From Acidobacteriota bacterium (GTDB lineage Bacteria; Acidobacteriota; UBA890; WLXD01), in assembly GCA_963666215.2 (NCBI GenBank), contig CAXWPL010000003.1:368366-432365 (forward strand): a stretch of 64,000 bases of DNA, given 5' to 3'. Both the position numbers and the translations under genes were made by a program. Below, one piece after another: positions 38,221 through 49,132 of the stretch. Position 1 is the first letter of the stretch. The number at the start of each line of letters is the position of its first letter. The notes beneath the pieces are model-generated. The model did no database searches. It had not been told where the DNA came from and saw only the letters and a program-made list of their open reading frames with translations.

Positions 38221-38889
38221 CTACCTGAACTCGCGCACACCGGTGTCGCTTCCCATGAGCACGAGGTCGGCACGGCGCTGCGCGAAGATGCCGCAAGTCA
38301 CGACGCCCGGCATCGCTTCGATCTCGAGCTCGATCGTCAGCGGGTCGACAATGCGAAGCCCGTGTACGTCGAAGATGACGTTGCCGTACTCGGTAATGAG
38401 GCCTTGACGCAGCTTGGGATCGCCGCCGAGGTCACGGAGCTGGCGAGCCACCGACGCGTGGGCCATCGGGATCACTTCCACCGGTAGCGGGAAGCCGCCG
38501 AGCACGTCGACGCGCTTGCTGTCGTCGACGATGCAGATGAAGGTCTGCGCTGCGGTGGCGACGATCTTCTCGCCGGTCAGCGCCGCCCCGCCGCCCTTGG
38601 TGAGCGCCAGCCCAGGCTCGAACTCGTCGGCCCCGTCCACATAGATCGCCAGCTGCGGAACGTCGTTGAGATCGAGAACCGCGAAGCCGCCATCGAGCAG
38701 CAGCGCTGTGGTCCTTTGCGAGCTCGACACCGCCGCGGGGAGCGATCGCCGGCCGCTGTCGACCTCCGCCGCGAGCAGCTCGATGAGGTGATTCACCGTC
38801 GAGCCGGTGCCAAAACCCACCACGGGCTCCTCGCCGAGATACTCGATTGCCGCTGCCGCAGCGGCACGTTTGGCTGTGTCACTACTCAT
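38221..38889 (-). CDS. rpiA: Ribose-5-phosphate isomerase A
   Basis: GTGST, DGADE, KGGGAAL..EK, PLPVEV. Confidence 0.97.
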   Translation of the reverse strand: MSSDTAKRAAAAAAIEYLGEEPVVGFGTGSTVNHLIELLAAEVDSGRRSLPAAVSSSQRTTALLLDGGFAVLDLNDVPQLAIYVDGADEFEPGLALTKGGGAALTGEKIVATAAQTFICIVDDSKRVDVLGGFPLPVEVIPMAHASVARQLRDLGGDPKLRQGLITEYGNVIFDVHGLRIVDPLTIELEIEAMPGVVTCGIFAQRRADLVLMGSDTGVREFR

Positions 38890-38913
38890 CAGAAAGACCT
38901 CTGAAGAAACGCC

Positions 38914-39891
38914 TCAAGTTGCCGCTCCAGCTAGCGGCGTAACAACGATCTGCTGCAGACGGCGGATGCGATCTTCGGTGGGTGGATGCGTTGCGAGCAA
39001 CCCGCGCGCCCGCTTCTCGAACTTCTTGATGGGCTGCACAACATAGAGGTGTGCCGTGGCTCGGTTAGCCGCCTCGAGCACCTCGTCGTCGGCGTCGAGC
39101 CGGCGTAGCGCCGAGATCATCGCCTCCGGGTTCCGCGTCAGCTCCACGGCGCCAGCGTCGGCAAGATACTCGCGCTGCCGGGACACCGCTAGTTGCAGCA
39201 CCCGCGCCACCAGCGGAGCCAAGATCGACAGCACGATCGCCAGCACGAACAACACCAGAGCCATCCCGCCGCCGCCACCTTTCGAGTCGCGCCGGCCGCC
39301 GCCTGCGCCGCTCCAGGATCTGAAACGAAGCGTCCGCCAGAAGAAGTCGGTGACCAGCGCGACGATCCCCACAAGCGTCGCCAGCAGCATCATCAGCCGG
39401 ATGTCGAAGTGGCGGACGTGCGACATCTCGTGCGCCATCACCGCCTGCAATTCGTCGCGCGACAGCTTCTGGCGTAGCCCCCAGGTAATGGCCACAGCCG
39501 CGTGCTCCGGATCGCGCCCGGTAGCGAACGCATTCATCGCCGTGTCGCGAATCAAATAGACCGGCGGCACGGGCACGCCGGCACCAATCGCGAGCTCCTC
39601 GACAACGTTGTAGAGCTGCGGGTCGTCGTTCTTGGCGATGCGCTCGGCGCCACTCATCCGAAGTATCGCTGGTCCTCCGCCGTAGTAGCTCCAAACCGCC
39701 ACCACGCCCGCCACGCCCATGGCGAACAATCCCACCGGCGCCGCGGCCGCGGGTTCGCCGCCGACGAGCGCCGCGCTCAGAAGGCCAACCAGGACACCCG
39801 TGAAGGCGATGAAGCCGACCACCAAGAGCACGCTGTTGCGCTTGTTGCGCGCAATCAGATCGTGGTAGGTGGCGTCACTGTCGTGGCCCAT
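38914..39891 (-). CDS. htpX: M48 zinc metalloprotease HtpX
   Basis: NAFATG, HEMSH (HExxH), SRQREYLAD, THP. Confidence 0.95.
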   Translation of the reverse strand: MGHDSDATYHDLIARNKRNSVLLVVGFIAFTGVLVGLLSAALVGGEPAAAAPVGLFAMGVAGVVAVWSYYGGGPAILRMSGAERIAKNDDPQLYNVVEELAIGAGVPVPPVYLIRDTAMNAFATGRDPEHAAVAITWGLRQKLSRDELQAVMAHEMSHVRHFDIRLMMLLATLVGIVALVTDFFWRTLRFRSWSGAGGGRRDSKGGGGGMALVLFVLAIVLSILAPLVARVLQLAVSRQREYLADAGAVELTRNPEAMISALRRLDADDEVLEAANRATAHLYVVQPIKKFEKRARGLLATHPPTEDRIRRLQQIVVTPLAGAAT

Positions 39892-39953
39892 GATGCCATC
39901 CTACGCCACAAACGAAGAGCGCCGAACATGGTCGCAACGTCCGAGGGCGACGG

Positions 39954-40508
39954 CTAGAACTCGACTTTCGGAGCTGCGCGCTCGGCGTCGAGCTCAACTT
40001 CGAAGAACTCGCGACCGGCGAAGCCAAAGGTGCCGCCGACGAGGTTGTTCGGGAAGGTTTCGAGCCCCGTGTTGTACTGCCGCACGGTGTCGTTGTAGTG
40101 CTGGCGGGCGAAGGCAATCTTGTTTTCGGTCGACGAGAGCTCTTCCTGCAGCTGCGCGAAGTTGGTGTTGGCTTTGAGGTCGGGATAGGCCTCGGAGAGG
40201 GCAAACAGCTTGCCGAGCGCTCCCGTGATGAGGTTCTCAGCCCGCGCCTGATCGCCCACGCTGCTGGCGTCGATGCCCACCTGACGAGCCTGGATCACGG
40301 CCTCGAGGGTCTCGCGCTCGTGGCTGGCGTAGCCCTTGACGGTTTCGACGAGGTTCGGGATCAGGTCGTAACGGCGTTTGAGCTGGACGTCGATCCCCGC
40401 CCATGCATCTTCGCAGCGCACCTTGAGGCGAACGAGTCGGTTATAGATGCCGATCAACCAAACGCCCACGACAACAAGCAGTCCACCGAGCCCGAGCAAT
40501 GCGGTCAT
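39954..40508 (-). CDS. lemA: LemA family protein
   Basis: YNRLV, IDVQLKRRYDLIPNLVETVKGY, EAYPDLKAN, TENKI. Confidence 0.97.
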   Translation of the reverse strand: MTALLGLGGLLVVVGVWLIGIYNRLVRLKVRCEDAWAGIDVQLKRRYDLIPNLVETVKGYASHERETLEAVIQARQVGIDASSVGDQARAENLITGALGKLFALSEAYPDLKANTNFAQLQEELSSTENKIAFARQHYNDTVRQYNTGLETFPNNLVGGTFGFAGREFFEVELDAERAAPKVEF

Positions 40509-40928
40509 CACGTCCTCTACGGGTAACCGATGCGGCGGTCTGCCAAAGCGGCGCACCGCTGCGACGCCCCACTCTTTTTCGGGGCGGCCGCGCCTAGGTT
40601 ATCAGCGCCGTGACACTGCGTTGGCGCCACTCAGGCCGTAGGACCTTTGGCATATGCGCATAAACGATGCGTCGCACGCGCGGCGTTGGACGTATAATGT
40701 TCGGGCTTTTCGAGCGGTGGGTGAGCTGCCCGCCCAGCCCCCGGAAACGGTTGCCGATCGCGACAGGTTCTCGAAACGACCATCAAGGATCTCGACAAGG
40801 TTCCGCAGGTTTCGAACCGTCTTTCACCGATCTTCGGGGGCACCCCTATATGGTGGCCGCGCCCGAAGTCCCGAGCTGCGCGCTCCTGACCCCGACACGA
40901 TCGGGCGGGAGAGTGGAGAGTCGAGGCA

Positions 40929-42887
40929 TTGGGTAGCAACGGCAAGATCCAAGACATCGCCTGGCGTACCGGTGGTCCGCAGGGCAGTGGTATCGACACA
41001 GCTGCACTGATCTTCTCGCGCTCGTGCGGACTCGCTGGCCTGGAGCTATTCGGCCGCCGCGAGTACTACTCCAACATCATGGGGCGGCACAGCTACTACG
41101 ACGTGCGCGCCTCCGACGCCGTTCAGACATCGCATCGTGACGTCGTCGACATGCTCACCACCTTCGAGGCCGAGACGCTGTTGCGTCATTACACAGCTGT
41201 CTGCCCGGGTGGGGCAATCGTGTACCCGAACACCGAGGCCGACGTTCCTCTGTCGATCGCGACCTTCCTGGACGAGCGCTTTACGGCCGACATCGCGGCC
41301 GAGCTCGAAAGCCAAGGCCTGCCGCCCACGACCGCCGGGGCCATCGAGTCGGCGCGGGCGCGCGGAGTGCTGTGCTACGAGATCAACTTCGATGAGATCA
41401 TCAACGATCTCGCCGAAACGCTCGGCGTGCCGTACAAGATCGCCGCGAGAGCCCGCAACACGCTCGCCGTGGCGGTCTCGACGGCGATCCTCGAGTTCCG
41501 CCGCGACATCGTGAAGCTGGCGTTGGAGAAACAGTGGCCGGGCCGCCAAAAGATCATCGACATGAACGTCGAGGCGGTTGAGCAGGCCTACAACTACACG
41601 CGCGAGAAGCTCGACCTCTCGGGATTCATCTTCCGGCTCGACGCCAGCGAGAGCACCGACAAGCGCATCATGGTCAACGGCAACCAGGCGGTGGCGCTAG
41701 GCAAGCTGGCCGGCGGCTTGACGATGCAGAGCTACTACCCGATCAGCCCGGCCACCGACGAGAGCACGTACCTCGAGGCGCACGCCGAGTTCCCGACACG
41801 CGACGGCGGCGAGGGCTACGTTCTGGTCGTACAAACCGAGGACGAGATCTCGGCCATCACGATGGCGGCCGGGGCGGCGCTCACCGGCGCCCGCAGCTCC
41901 ACCGCCACTTCCGGTCCCGGCTTCGCGCTCATGACCGAGGGCATCGGCTGGGCCGGGATCAACGAGGTGCCTCTGGTGGTCACGCTTTGGCAGCGTGGTG
42001 GCCCGTCGACTGGCATGCCGACGCGCAACGACCAAGGCGACCTCCTTTTTGCCTGCAACGCCGGTCACGGCGACTTCCCCAAGATCGTCATCTCCTCGGG
42101 CGACGTGATCGAGGCGTTCTACGACGCCGCACAAGCGTTCAACTACGCCGACCGCTACCAGACGGTTGTCGTCCACATCCTCGACAAGGCGCTCTCGAGC
42201 CAGTCGCGAACGATCCCGCCGTACGACCTCGACCAGGTCAAGATCGAGCGCGGCGAGATCGCCGAGCCACGCGGCCTGACCGATGGAAAACCCAACGGCG
42301 AAGGGGCCTTCCATCGCTTCGCGTTCACCGAGTCGGGGATCTCTCCACGGACGCTTCTCGGCCAGCCGGGCAACGCACACTGGATGACCGGTGGTGAGCA
42401 CACCCCTCAGGGTCGTGTCACCGAAGACCCGATCATCCGCGAGAAGATGATGGAAAAGCGTGCCCGCAAGATGGAGCTGGCGGCCGCCGAGATTCCCGTC
42501 GACGAGAAGTTCAAGGTCTTCGGCGACCGCGAAGCTGACCTGACGATCCTCACCTGGGGGTCGAACAAGGGCGCCGTTCTCGAGGTGCTCGACAAGCTCG
42601 AGGCGCAAGACGCGTCCGCGCGGCTAGTGCAAGTTCGGCTGATGGTCCCGTTCCCCATGGAACTGGTCGCCGTTCTCGAAAGTGCCAAGCCCCTGGTGAT
42701 CGTCGAGTCGAACTTCTCCGGACAGTTCGCTCAGCTCCTGAGGCAACAAACGGGGATCACGCCGGACCATCAAATCGTCAAGTACAACGGCCGACCGATC
42801 TCCGGCGAGGAGCTTCTCCGCGCGATCAACGAAATTCGCGAAGGCGGCGCCGACAGCCGCATCGTCCTCCGCAACCCCTACCAGTAG
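40929..42887 (+). CDS. korA: 2-oxoacid:ferredoxin oxidoreductase alpha subunit
   Basis: GGPQGSG, YYPISPA, EDEISA, TATSGPG, QRGGPSTGMPT. Substrate not determinable from sequence. Confidence 0.95.
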   Translation: MGSNGKIQDIAWRTGGPQGSGIDTAALIFSRSCGLAGLELFGRREYYSNIMGRHSYYDVRASDAVQTSHRDVVDMLTTFEAETLLRHYTAVCPGGAIVYPNTEADVPLSIATFLDERFTADIAAELESQGLPPTTAGAIESARARGVLCYEINFDEIINDLAETLGVPYKIAARARNTLAVAVSTAILEFRRDIVKLALEKQWPGRQKIIDMNVEAVEQAYNYTREKLDLSGFIFRLDASESTDKRIMVNGNQAVALGKLAGGLTMQSYYPISPATDESTYLEAHAEFPTRDGGEGYVLVVQTEDEISAITMAAGAALTGARSSTATSGPGFALMTEGIGWAGINEVPLVVTLWQRGGPSTGMPTRNDQGDLLFACNAGHGDFPKIVISSGDVIEAFYDAAQAFNYADRYQTVVVHILDKALSSQSRTIPPYDLDQVKIERGEIAEPRGLTDGKPNGEGAFHRFAFTESGISPRTLLGQPGNAHWMTGGEHTPQGRVTEDPIIREKMMEKRARKMELAAAEIPVDEKFKVFGDREADLTILTWGSNKGAVLEVLDKLEAQDASARLVQVRLMVPFPMELVAVLESAKPLVIVESNFSGQFAQLLRQQTGITPDHQIVKYNGRPISGEELLRAINEIREGGADSRIVLRNPYQ

Positions 42888-42906
42888 CCGACTGGGACCG
42901 AGCACA

Positions 42907-43884
42907 ATGACGACCGCAACGGAAACTCCCAAACTCAAGGCCAAGGACTTCCAGGTTCCGCACCCCAACGACTGGTGTCCCGGCTGCGGCGACTTTGGCA
43001 TCATCAATGCCATCCAGCAGACGTTCGCCAGGATGGGCCTCGACCCGTCGAGCGTCGTCATGGTGGGCGGCATCGGTTGCTCGGGGAAGGCGCCGTACTA
43101 TGTCGGCTCCTACGGCGTCCATACGCTGCATGGCCGTCCGCTGCCCTTCGCGACCGGCATCAAGCTCGCCAACCCCGAGCTCACGGTGATCGCCGCCGGC
43201 GGCGACGGCGATGGCCTCGGCATCGGCGCCGGCCATTTCGTCAACGCGGGGCGGCGCAACGTCGACATGACGTACGTGCTGTTCAACAACGCTGTCTACG
43301 GCCTCACCAAGGGCCAGGCGGCGCCGACACTGCCGATGGGCCTGCAGACCAAGAGCCTCGCCGAGCCCAACATCCAGATGGAGATCAACCCGCTCATGCT
43401 GGCGTTCGCGTCGGGCTTCACATGGATCGGTCGCGGCTACAGCTACAACATCAAAGAGCTCGTGGGGTTGATGCAGCGAGCCATCGAACATCCAGGTCTG
43501 GCGTATCTGGATGTCTTGCAGCCCTGCCCGACGTACAACAACATCCACACCAAGGAGTGGTTCGCGGGCAAGGATCTCGAGGAAGTACGGCCACGCGTGC
43601 GGCCGCTGCCCGAAGATTACGACGGCATCATCGAGCAAGGCGCCAGCGAAGAAGACGTTTTCGCGAAGATGAATGACTTCATCGCGATGGCGCACGAGTG
43701 GGGGGACTACATCCCCACCGGGGTCTACCTCGAAAACCGTTCGGTCTCGAAGTTCGAGGACCGCATCAGCAACCGCATGCCGAGCTACGCGGATGCGTCG
43801 CCGGCGGGGCGTCCGATCGCAGACGCCGACGGGATCACGCGGACGGAGCTGGCGAGGATCTTCGAGGAGCTGGCGATTAACTAG
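42907..43884 (+). CDS. korB: 2-oxoacid:ferredoxin oxidoreductase beta subunit
   Basis: WCPGCGDFG, GIGCS, HGR, GGDGD TPP motif, YGLTKGQ, QPC. Confidence 0.95.
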   Translation: MTTATETPKLKAKDFQVPHPNDWCPGCGDFGIINAIQQTFARMGLDPSSVVMVGGIGCSGKAPYYVGSYGVHTLHGRPLPFATGIKLANPELTVIAAGGDGDGLGIGAGHFVNAGRRNVDMTYVLFNNAVYGLTKGQAAPTLPMGLQTKSLAEPNIQMEINPLMLAFASGFTWIGRGYSYNIKELVGLMQRAIEHPGLAYLDVLQPCPTYNNIHTKEWFAGKDLEEVRPRVRPLPEDYDGIIEQGASEEDVFAKMNDFIAMAHEWGDYIPTGVYLENRSVSKFEDRISNRMPSYADASPAGRPIADADGITRTELARIFEELAIN

Positions 43885-43903
43885 TCGGGGGTGCGGGCGG
43901 TGC

Positions 43904-44036
43904 GGCGAGAGGCGCCCCTCGTAGCGGGGCCCGCACTTGTGCTGCGCCCTTCGTCCGCTAGGCGACAGCTCGGCACCCGTCAACGGCAGCGACACTGAAG
44001 TTGAAGCGCGCCCCGCCTAGAGGGGTGCCTCTCGCC
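43904..44036. repeat. Structured intergenic repeat, copy 1 (REPIN/MITE-like long hairpin)
   Basis: 17-bp arms at 43904-43920 and 44020-44036; shares CGTAGCGGGGCCCGCACTTGT, GGCGACAGCTCGGCACC and GCGCGCCCCGCCTAGAGGG with copy 2. Confidence 0.85.
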
Positions 44037-44148
44037 CCAGGCCCGTCCCAACAGACTCTCGCCCTCGCCAAACACCCGAGGCGCCGCGCTATCATCGCGA
44101 GCCAGAGGTCGCGTTCCCTGTCCGCTCGACGATTCCCGGAGGCCGCTG

Positions 44149-44694
44149 ATGAAGCGCTTGTTCTGTTTGGTTCTGATGGTGTCTCTGCTCCCCGCTTGCA
44201 ACACGGGATCACCCAGCAACGGCTCCAACGGGGTGTTCAGCGTCGCGCTCGGCGACGTGGTCTCGGAGCTGCGCAGCGTGATCCAAAGCGGCAAGGTCCG
44301 GTCGCTCGGCCCGTGGAAGCGCACGTTCGAGGAGCTCACCAGTGGTACGTACTTGGTCGGCGTCGCGATCATCGGGGTGAAGGCGGATGGTACGCCCAGG
44401 AAGGCCGTCAACCAGATCCGGCTCAACGCGAACGGAAAGCGCAGCATCGGTCGTTACCAGGCCGACATCGGCGCCGCGGTCGCGTGCGTGAACGTGTCGA
44501 TTCCGCCTGCCGGCAAGGACCTCAATGTGACCGTGGTGGCACTCGGCGGGCCCAATCTCCCGCCCGGTACTTTCTTCGGGCACGTGGCGACGGCTGCCAG
44601 TGTTACCGGCTTGGGAGTCACCCCGAACGATTGCAAGAACGTCCTCGGCGCCACACTTGCAACCGGTGTCGAGAGGATGTTGCGGTCCGAATAG
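44149..44694 (+). CDS. Hypothetical lipoprotein
   Basis: MKRLFCLVLMVSLLPAC lipobox; GGAGG RBS. Confidence 0.8.
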   Translation: MKRLFCLVLMVSLLPACNTGSPSNGSNGVFSVALGDVVSELRSVIQSGKVRSLGPWKRTFEELTSGTYLVGVAIIGVKADGTPRKAVNQIRLNANGKRSIGRYQADIGAAVACVNVSIPPAGKDLNVTVVALGGPNLPPGTFFGHVATAASVTGLGVTPNDCKNVLGATLATGVERMLRSE

Positions 44695-44801
44695 CCGCGT
44701 CGGCAGCACCCATCGCGACACCCGCGGAGCGGAGGGTGACTCGACAAGCGCACGAGCACCACTGCGCACTCGATGCCGCGTGGCACGGTGGAGTCACCCG
44801 A

Positions 44802-45506
44802 TCAACGCTCCGAGGACGACTCGAGCTCAATCGATTGAACGTCCAGCGATGCGGTGTGCGTGCCCTGAGCCCACGACTCCTCGTGGAACGGAAACAACAC
44901 GCCGGAAACGTCGCGGAAATCGGAGTAGTCGGTGGCGAACTGCAGCTGCATCTCGCCGGCCGAGACGAGCGATTCGGTACGTACGATGCGATGCGTCTCG
45001 GGCTCGATCGAGATCCGTAGCGAGACGCCCGCGGGCGACACCAGGCCGACCACGATGCGCTCGGGCTCTCTCGAGAGAACCTCGACGGAGTCGCGAGCCC
45101 CCGCCAACAACCACGGCAAGTTGGCGCGCATCGCCTGTCCGATCATCGACGTCAGCATCGGTCCTTCGGCCGCGCGTAGGTCTTCCTCCGAAGAGCCGCG
45201 CCAACCCTCCCCTGCAACCAGCCGCCGGATCTCTGCGCGATCGGGGTAGCTGATGCGCACCTCGAGCGTATCGGCTCCAGACGACACCCTCACAACCGTC
45301 GCGTCCTCACCTCTGCTGGTGCGCATGGTCGCGTCATAGCGATACCCGGCAATAGCGCGCAGCCGCTGGACGCCTCCATACGCGCCGAGCACAGCGTCAA
45401 CAACCTGGCCGGCCTCCTGCGCCCCCACGGACACACTCGAGGCGCTCGCTACGACAGCCGCGAGAACGATCCCCGCCCGTATCCGCACGCACACCTCCGA
45501 CGTCAA
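44802..45506 (-). CDS. Hypothetical secreted protein (LolA-like beta-rich fold suspected)
   Basis: Signal peptide; AYGG..L near the N-terminus; YSDFRDVSGVLFPF. Confidence 0.72.
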   Translation of the reverse strand: MTSEVCVRIRAGIVLAAVVASASSVSVGAQEAGQVVDAVLGAYGGVQRLRAIAGYRYDATMRTSRGEDATVVRVSSGADTLEVRISYPDRAEIRRLVAGEGWRGSSEEDLRAAEGPMLTSMIGQAMRANLPWLLAGARDSVEVLSREPERIVVGLVSPAGVSLRISIEPETHRIVRTESLVSAGEMQLQFATDYSDFRDVSGVLFPFHEESWAQGTHTASLDVQSIELESSSER

Positions 45507-45605
45507 GAAGTTCTGGGAGCACTGCCGCGATTCTAGCCCGCCCCCCGCGCTCCACCGAGCACTCGATCGAAACGTGCAATCGGACTCGCAACGGATCCGA
45601 GCCAG

Positions 45606-47424
45606 CTACTGCAGATACCCCAACGCTCGCAACTGCTCGAGAAGCTCGCTGCTCGGGGCCGGCCGCGCACCCGCGGGGTCGAGACGCGCAGCGGCGAGCC
45701 GATCGGTCCAATCGGCCAGCAGACGCGAAAGCGCGGTAACGCGTTCGTTGGCCGTACCCAGTTCGTCGAACAGATCGCGCAGCTCACGAGGGTCAGAAGC
45801 GAGGTTGTGCATGCGATAGCTCTCCGCGCGGCGATCGTGAACGAGCTTCCAGTCGTCCCATCGGATCGCTGCGAGGTTGCGACCATCGAGAGCCAACTCA
45901 GCCAGCAGGGCCCGCGCAGGGGGCGGCGCGCTTCCGTCGCCGGCTCCGAAGACCTCACTGAGGTCTTCGCCGTTACCGAAGTCGACCGCCACTTTCGCCA
46001 ACGACAGCAGCGTGGAGCCAACGTCGACAAGGGAAGCCGGACGGGTCACATCCCCCCGCGCCGGTACCACTCCGGGACCCCACACCACGAGCGGGACGCG
46101 CAGCTCTTCCTCGAAGAGCGTGCGGCCGTGGCCGAAGCGATCGTGCTCGGCGAACTGCTCGCCGTGGTCGGAGGTGACGACAACGATCGTGTTGTCCAGG
46201 GCGCCGCGCGCGCAGCGCCTCCAGGAAGCGCGCCAACTCGCGGTCTGCGTACGCCAGCTCACCGCGGTAAAGAGTGCGCAGGTCGGCGATCGTGCGCTCG
46301 TCGGCACCTTCGCCGTCGAGTCCGCCGAGCACCTCGGGCGTTGCAGCGCCGGCGGGACGTTCGCCCGGCAGTAGCCACTCCGAAGGGTCGTATGGGGCAT
46401 GCGGCTCTACCGTATGGACGTACATCAGGAACGGTCGCGACCGATCCAGGCGCGACAGAGCGCCGAGGGCGAGCTCGTGAACCTGTTCGGCCCGGGCGGG
46501 GTGCGAGGAGGCGATCTCGCCGGCATCCTGGTTGTCGTCATCGCCTTCAGGACGGGCGCGATCGTACACCTCGAATCCCTGATCGAAGCCCCAATGGGCG
46601 GCGATGTTGGGGTTCGACACCACAGCCGCAGTGGCGTATCCGGCGGCGCGAAAACGCTCGGCGAGAGTCCATGCCGCTTCCGGCAGTACGTCGTCGCGCC
46701 CCTGTACTCCGTGGACGCTCGAGTAGAGCCCCGTCAGCAATGAGGCCATGGCCGCGCGGGTCCAAGTGGCCGCGGTCCAGGTGGTTGTAAACCGCACACC
46801 TTCCGCCGCCATACGCCGGAGCTGAACAGTGGCCGGAGCATCCTCGGGTCGATCGAGGACGTCGTTGCGCAGAGCGTCGATGACGTACAGCAGCACATTC
46901 GGGGCGCGTACGGGGGCCACGATGTGCCAGCTCGCTGGATCGCCGCCTCCGGCGTCGGATTGCCCCTCGACCTCGATCGCCAGCTCGCGCCAGCGGATTC
47001 TCGGCCGCGGACCCATCTGTACCGACACCGACAGCAGGAGCTCGCGGCCCGCCCAGGCGCCCAGATCTACGCGCTCGCGCAGCTCGGCGGTCAACTCGCG
47101 GTCGAGCAGCTGCTGTGCCCCCCCGTTCTCGTCGTGCGCCCAGACCGCCAGCCGTGATCCGGCGTCGCGGCCGCGCAGGCGCGCCTCGAGGTCGAGTACG
47201 AGCGCAGCGGAGTCAGGTGGTAGCCGCAGGGCCACATCCACGCGAGACCGGGTGGATTCGGCCTCTGTGTCTTTGCTGGCTCCCGTCACAGCGAGCAAAT
47301 CGAGCCGCCGGGGATCGTTTGACTGATCGAACCAGGGGCTCGAGCAGGCGGTCGCCACGAGAACCAGCAGCACCAGCACAAGACGAGCTCCGCTCGGCTC
47401 GGGCGTCGCTCTGTCACGGCTCAC
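45606..47424 (-). pseudogene. Sulfatase-fold lipoprotein with a single-base frameshift near 46205
   Basis: ATAC lipobox, PNVLLYVIDALR, WTRAAMASLLTG, HTVEPHAPY in one frame; ALDNTIVVVTSDHGE...LRALGYLQ in the other. Confidence 0.88.
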
Positions 47425-48923
47425 TGGATGTAGCCCAACGCGCGCAGGCGGCGGGTTTCCTCGGGCGTCAGCCGGATCTCAGCCGGCTGGCGAACGCTCT
47501 GCCGGCTGCGATCGAGCTCGGCCGCCCACTCGTCTGCAAGATCGCGAAATGTCGCCACGTCGTCAGGTCGATCGGCGCTGACGTCGAGGCGTTCGAGCGG
47601 GTCGTTGGTCAGATCGAAAAGACTGAAACCGCTGCCGTCGGTGACGAACTTGAGACCGTCGCGCACGAAAGCTCGCGCCGAGCCCAGCTGGCTCATGGCC
47701 AGTCGGGACTCGGACTCAGCGCCTTCCCATACACGGGCCAGATCAGAGCCCTGGTAGTGCGACGGCGGCTCGATGCCCGCGATACGCAGCAGAGTTGGGG
47801 CCACGTCGACGTTGCGCACGGTGCTTTCGATGCGCCGTGCGGCTGGCACGCCCGGCCCCGCCACGATCAACGGTGTGTGGATGAGCTCGTTGTACAGCGT
47901 GTGCGCGTGTGTTGCCACGGAACCGTGCTCGCCGAATTCCTCGCCATGATCCGAGACGACGGCGATGCCGGTCGACTCCATCATCCCCGAGGCCCGCAGT
48001 CGCTCGAACACATCCCCGAGAAACGCATCGAGGAACGCCAGCTCCGCGTCATACATGGCACGCAGGTGCTGCACGTCGCGCTCGCCAATCGACACGCTGC
48101 CGCCGTTGATCGCCATGATCTGGTCGCGTCGGATCTCGTCACCGAGCGGGCCGTCGTAGCCGTCGTCGAAGCGCTCCAGGTACTCGGGCACCGGCCGGTA
48201 CGGCAGGTGGAGGTCGTAGAAGTGCAAGAGCAGGAACCACGGACGATCGCCGTTGGCGTCGAGCCATCCTCCGACTGCTTCGAGGTTACGTTCGGCACGC
48301 CGCTGGTTGCGGTGCGGTGTAAGCCTCTCGTAGGTATCGAAGCCTCGCCGATAGCTCTCTCCCTCGAGCTGGGTGAACCCTCCGGTGGCATACCCCGCGT
48401 CGCGCAGGATCTCCGCGAGAGTCGGGACCGTGTCGTCCAGCACATGTCCGTGCTCCCACACGCCGTGAACCGCCGGGTAGAGCGAGGTGAGAATCGAAGT
48501 CTGCGACGGCGCCGTGTAGGGCGCCTGTGCATAGTTCTGAGTGAAGAAAACTCCTCCGGCGGCGAGCGCGTCGAGGTTTGGCGTGGTGGGCCGGTCGTAT
48601 CCGTAAACCCCAACGTGGTCGGCGCGCAGCGTGTCGATCGAGATCAACACCAGGTTCGGCCGCGGCACCGAAGAAGAGCCCTCCGGCCCCGGGCGAGCGC
48701 AAGCTGTCAGGGCCAAGTGCACCCCGAGGAGCACGGCGATCGCGGCCGTCGAGCTCCGCGCGGCGGGCGCGGCGAGCTTCAATGGATCCGACTGTGCGGG
48801 CGCTCGCATGCAGCGTATCGAGATGACCATCGCTCCACCTTGCTGCGGTTCGACGCCCGACCAGATTGGCGGCGCGTGCTGGGAAACTAGGAGCAGCGAA
48901 CAGCAGAACCAGTCGTGAATCAA
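47421..48923 (-). CDS. Sulfatase-fold lipoprotein (start probably downstream of the ORF start)
   Basis: LTAC lipobox, PNLVLISIDTLRADH, YTAPSQTSILTS, SDHGE, LRALGYIQ. Confidence 0.9.
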   Translation of the reverse strand: MIHDWFCCSLLLVSQHAPPIWSGVEPQQGGAMVISIRCMRAPAQSDPLKLAAPAARSSTAAIAVLLGVHLALTACARPGPEGSSSVPRPNLVLISIDTLRADHVGVYGYDRPTTPNLDALAAGGVFFTQNYAQAPYTAPSQTSILTSLYPAVHGVWEHGHVLDDTVPTLAEILRDAGYATGGFTQLEGESYRRGFDTYERLTPHRNQRRAERNLEAVGGWLDANGDRPWFLLLHFYDLHLPYRPVPEYLERFDDGYDGPLGDEIRRDQIMAINGGSVSIGERDVQHLRAMYDAELAFLDAFLGDVFERLRASGMMESTGIAVVSDHGEEFGEHGSVATHAHTLYNELIHTPLIVAGPGVPAARRIESTVRNVDVAPTLLRIAGIEPPSHYQGSDLARVWEGAESESRLAMSQLGSARAFVRDGLKFVTDGSGFSLFDLTNDPLERLDVSADRPDDVATFRDLADEWAAELDRSRQSVRQPAEIRLTPEETRRLRALGYIQ

Positions 48924-49132
48924 CTCGCCCGGCGTCGAAGCCAGAACAGAGGCGAGAGCGCGCTCATGTGGGGCTGTCGGGCTGCGAGCGTCCTACCGGC
49001 CAGCGCGAGCCTTCGACCTCCGTCCCGGAGCAGAAAGTCGAACACTGAGAAACGAAGAAGCGAACGATGACTTGCAGATCAACCCGCCGATCGCCGCATC
49101 ACACCGGTGGCGTCGCAAAACCGACGGCGCAA

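Noticed and set aside
40693-40698. TATAAT -10 element upstream of korA
   Set aside because: No recognisable -35 or extended -10 element; insufficient support for a promoter call.
46195-46215. Programmed frameshift in the sulfatase-fold gene
   Set aside because: No slippery heptamer; a single-base loss in a GC dinucleotide run is better explained by error or mutation.
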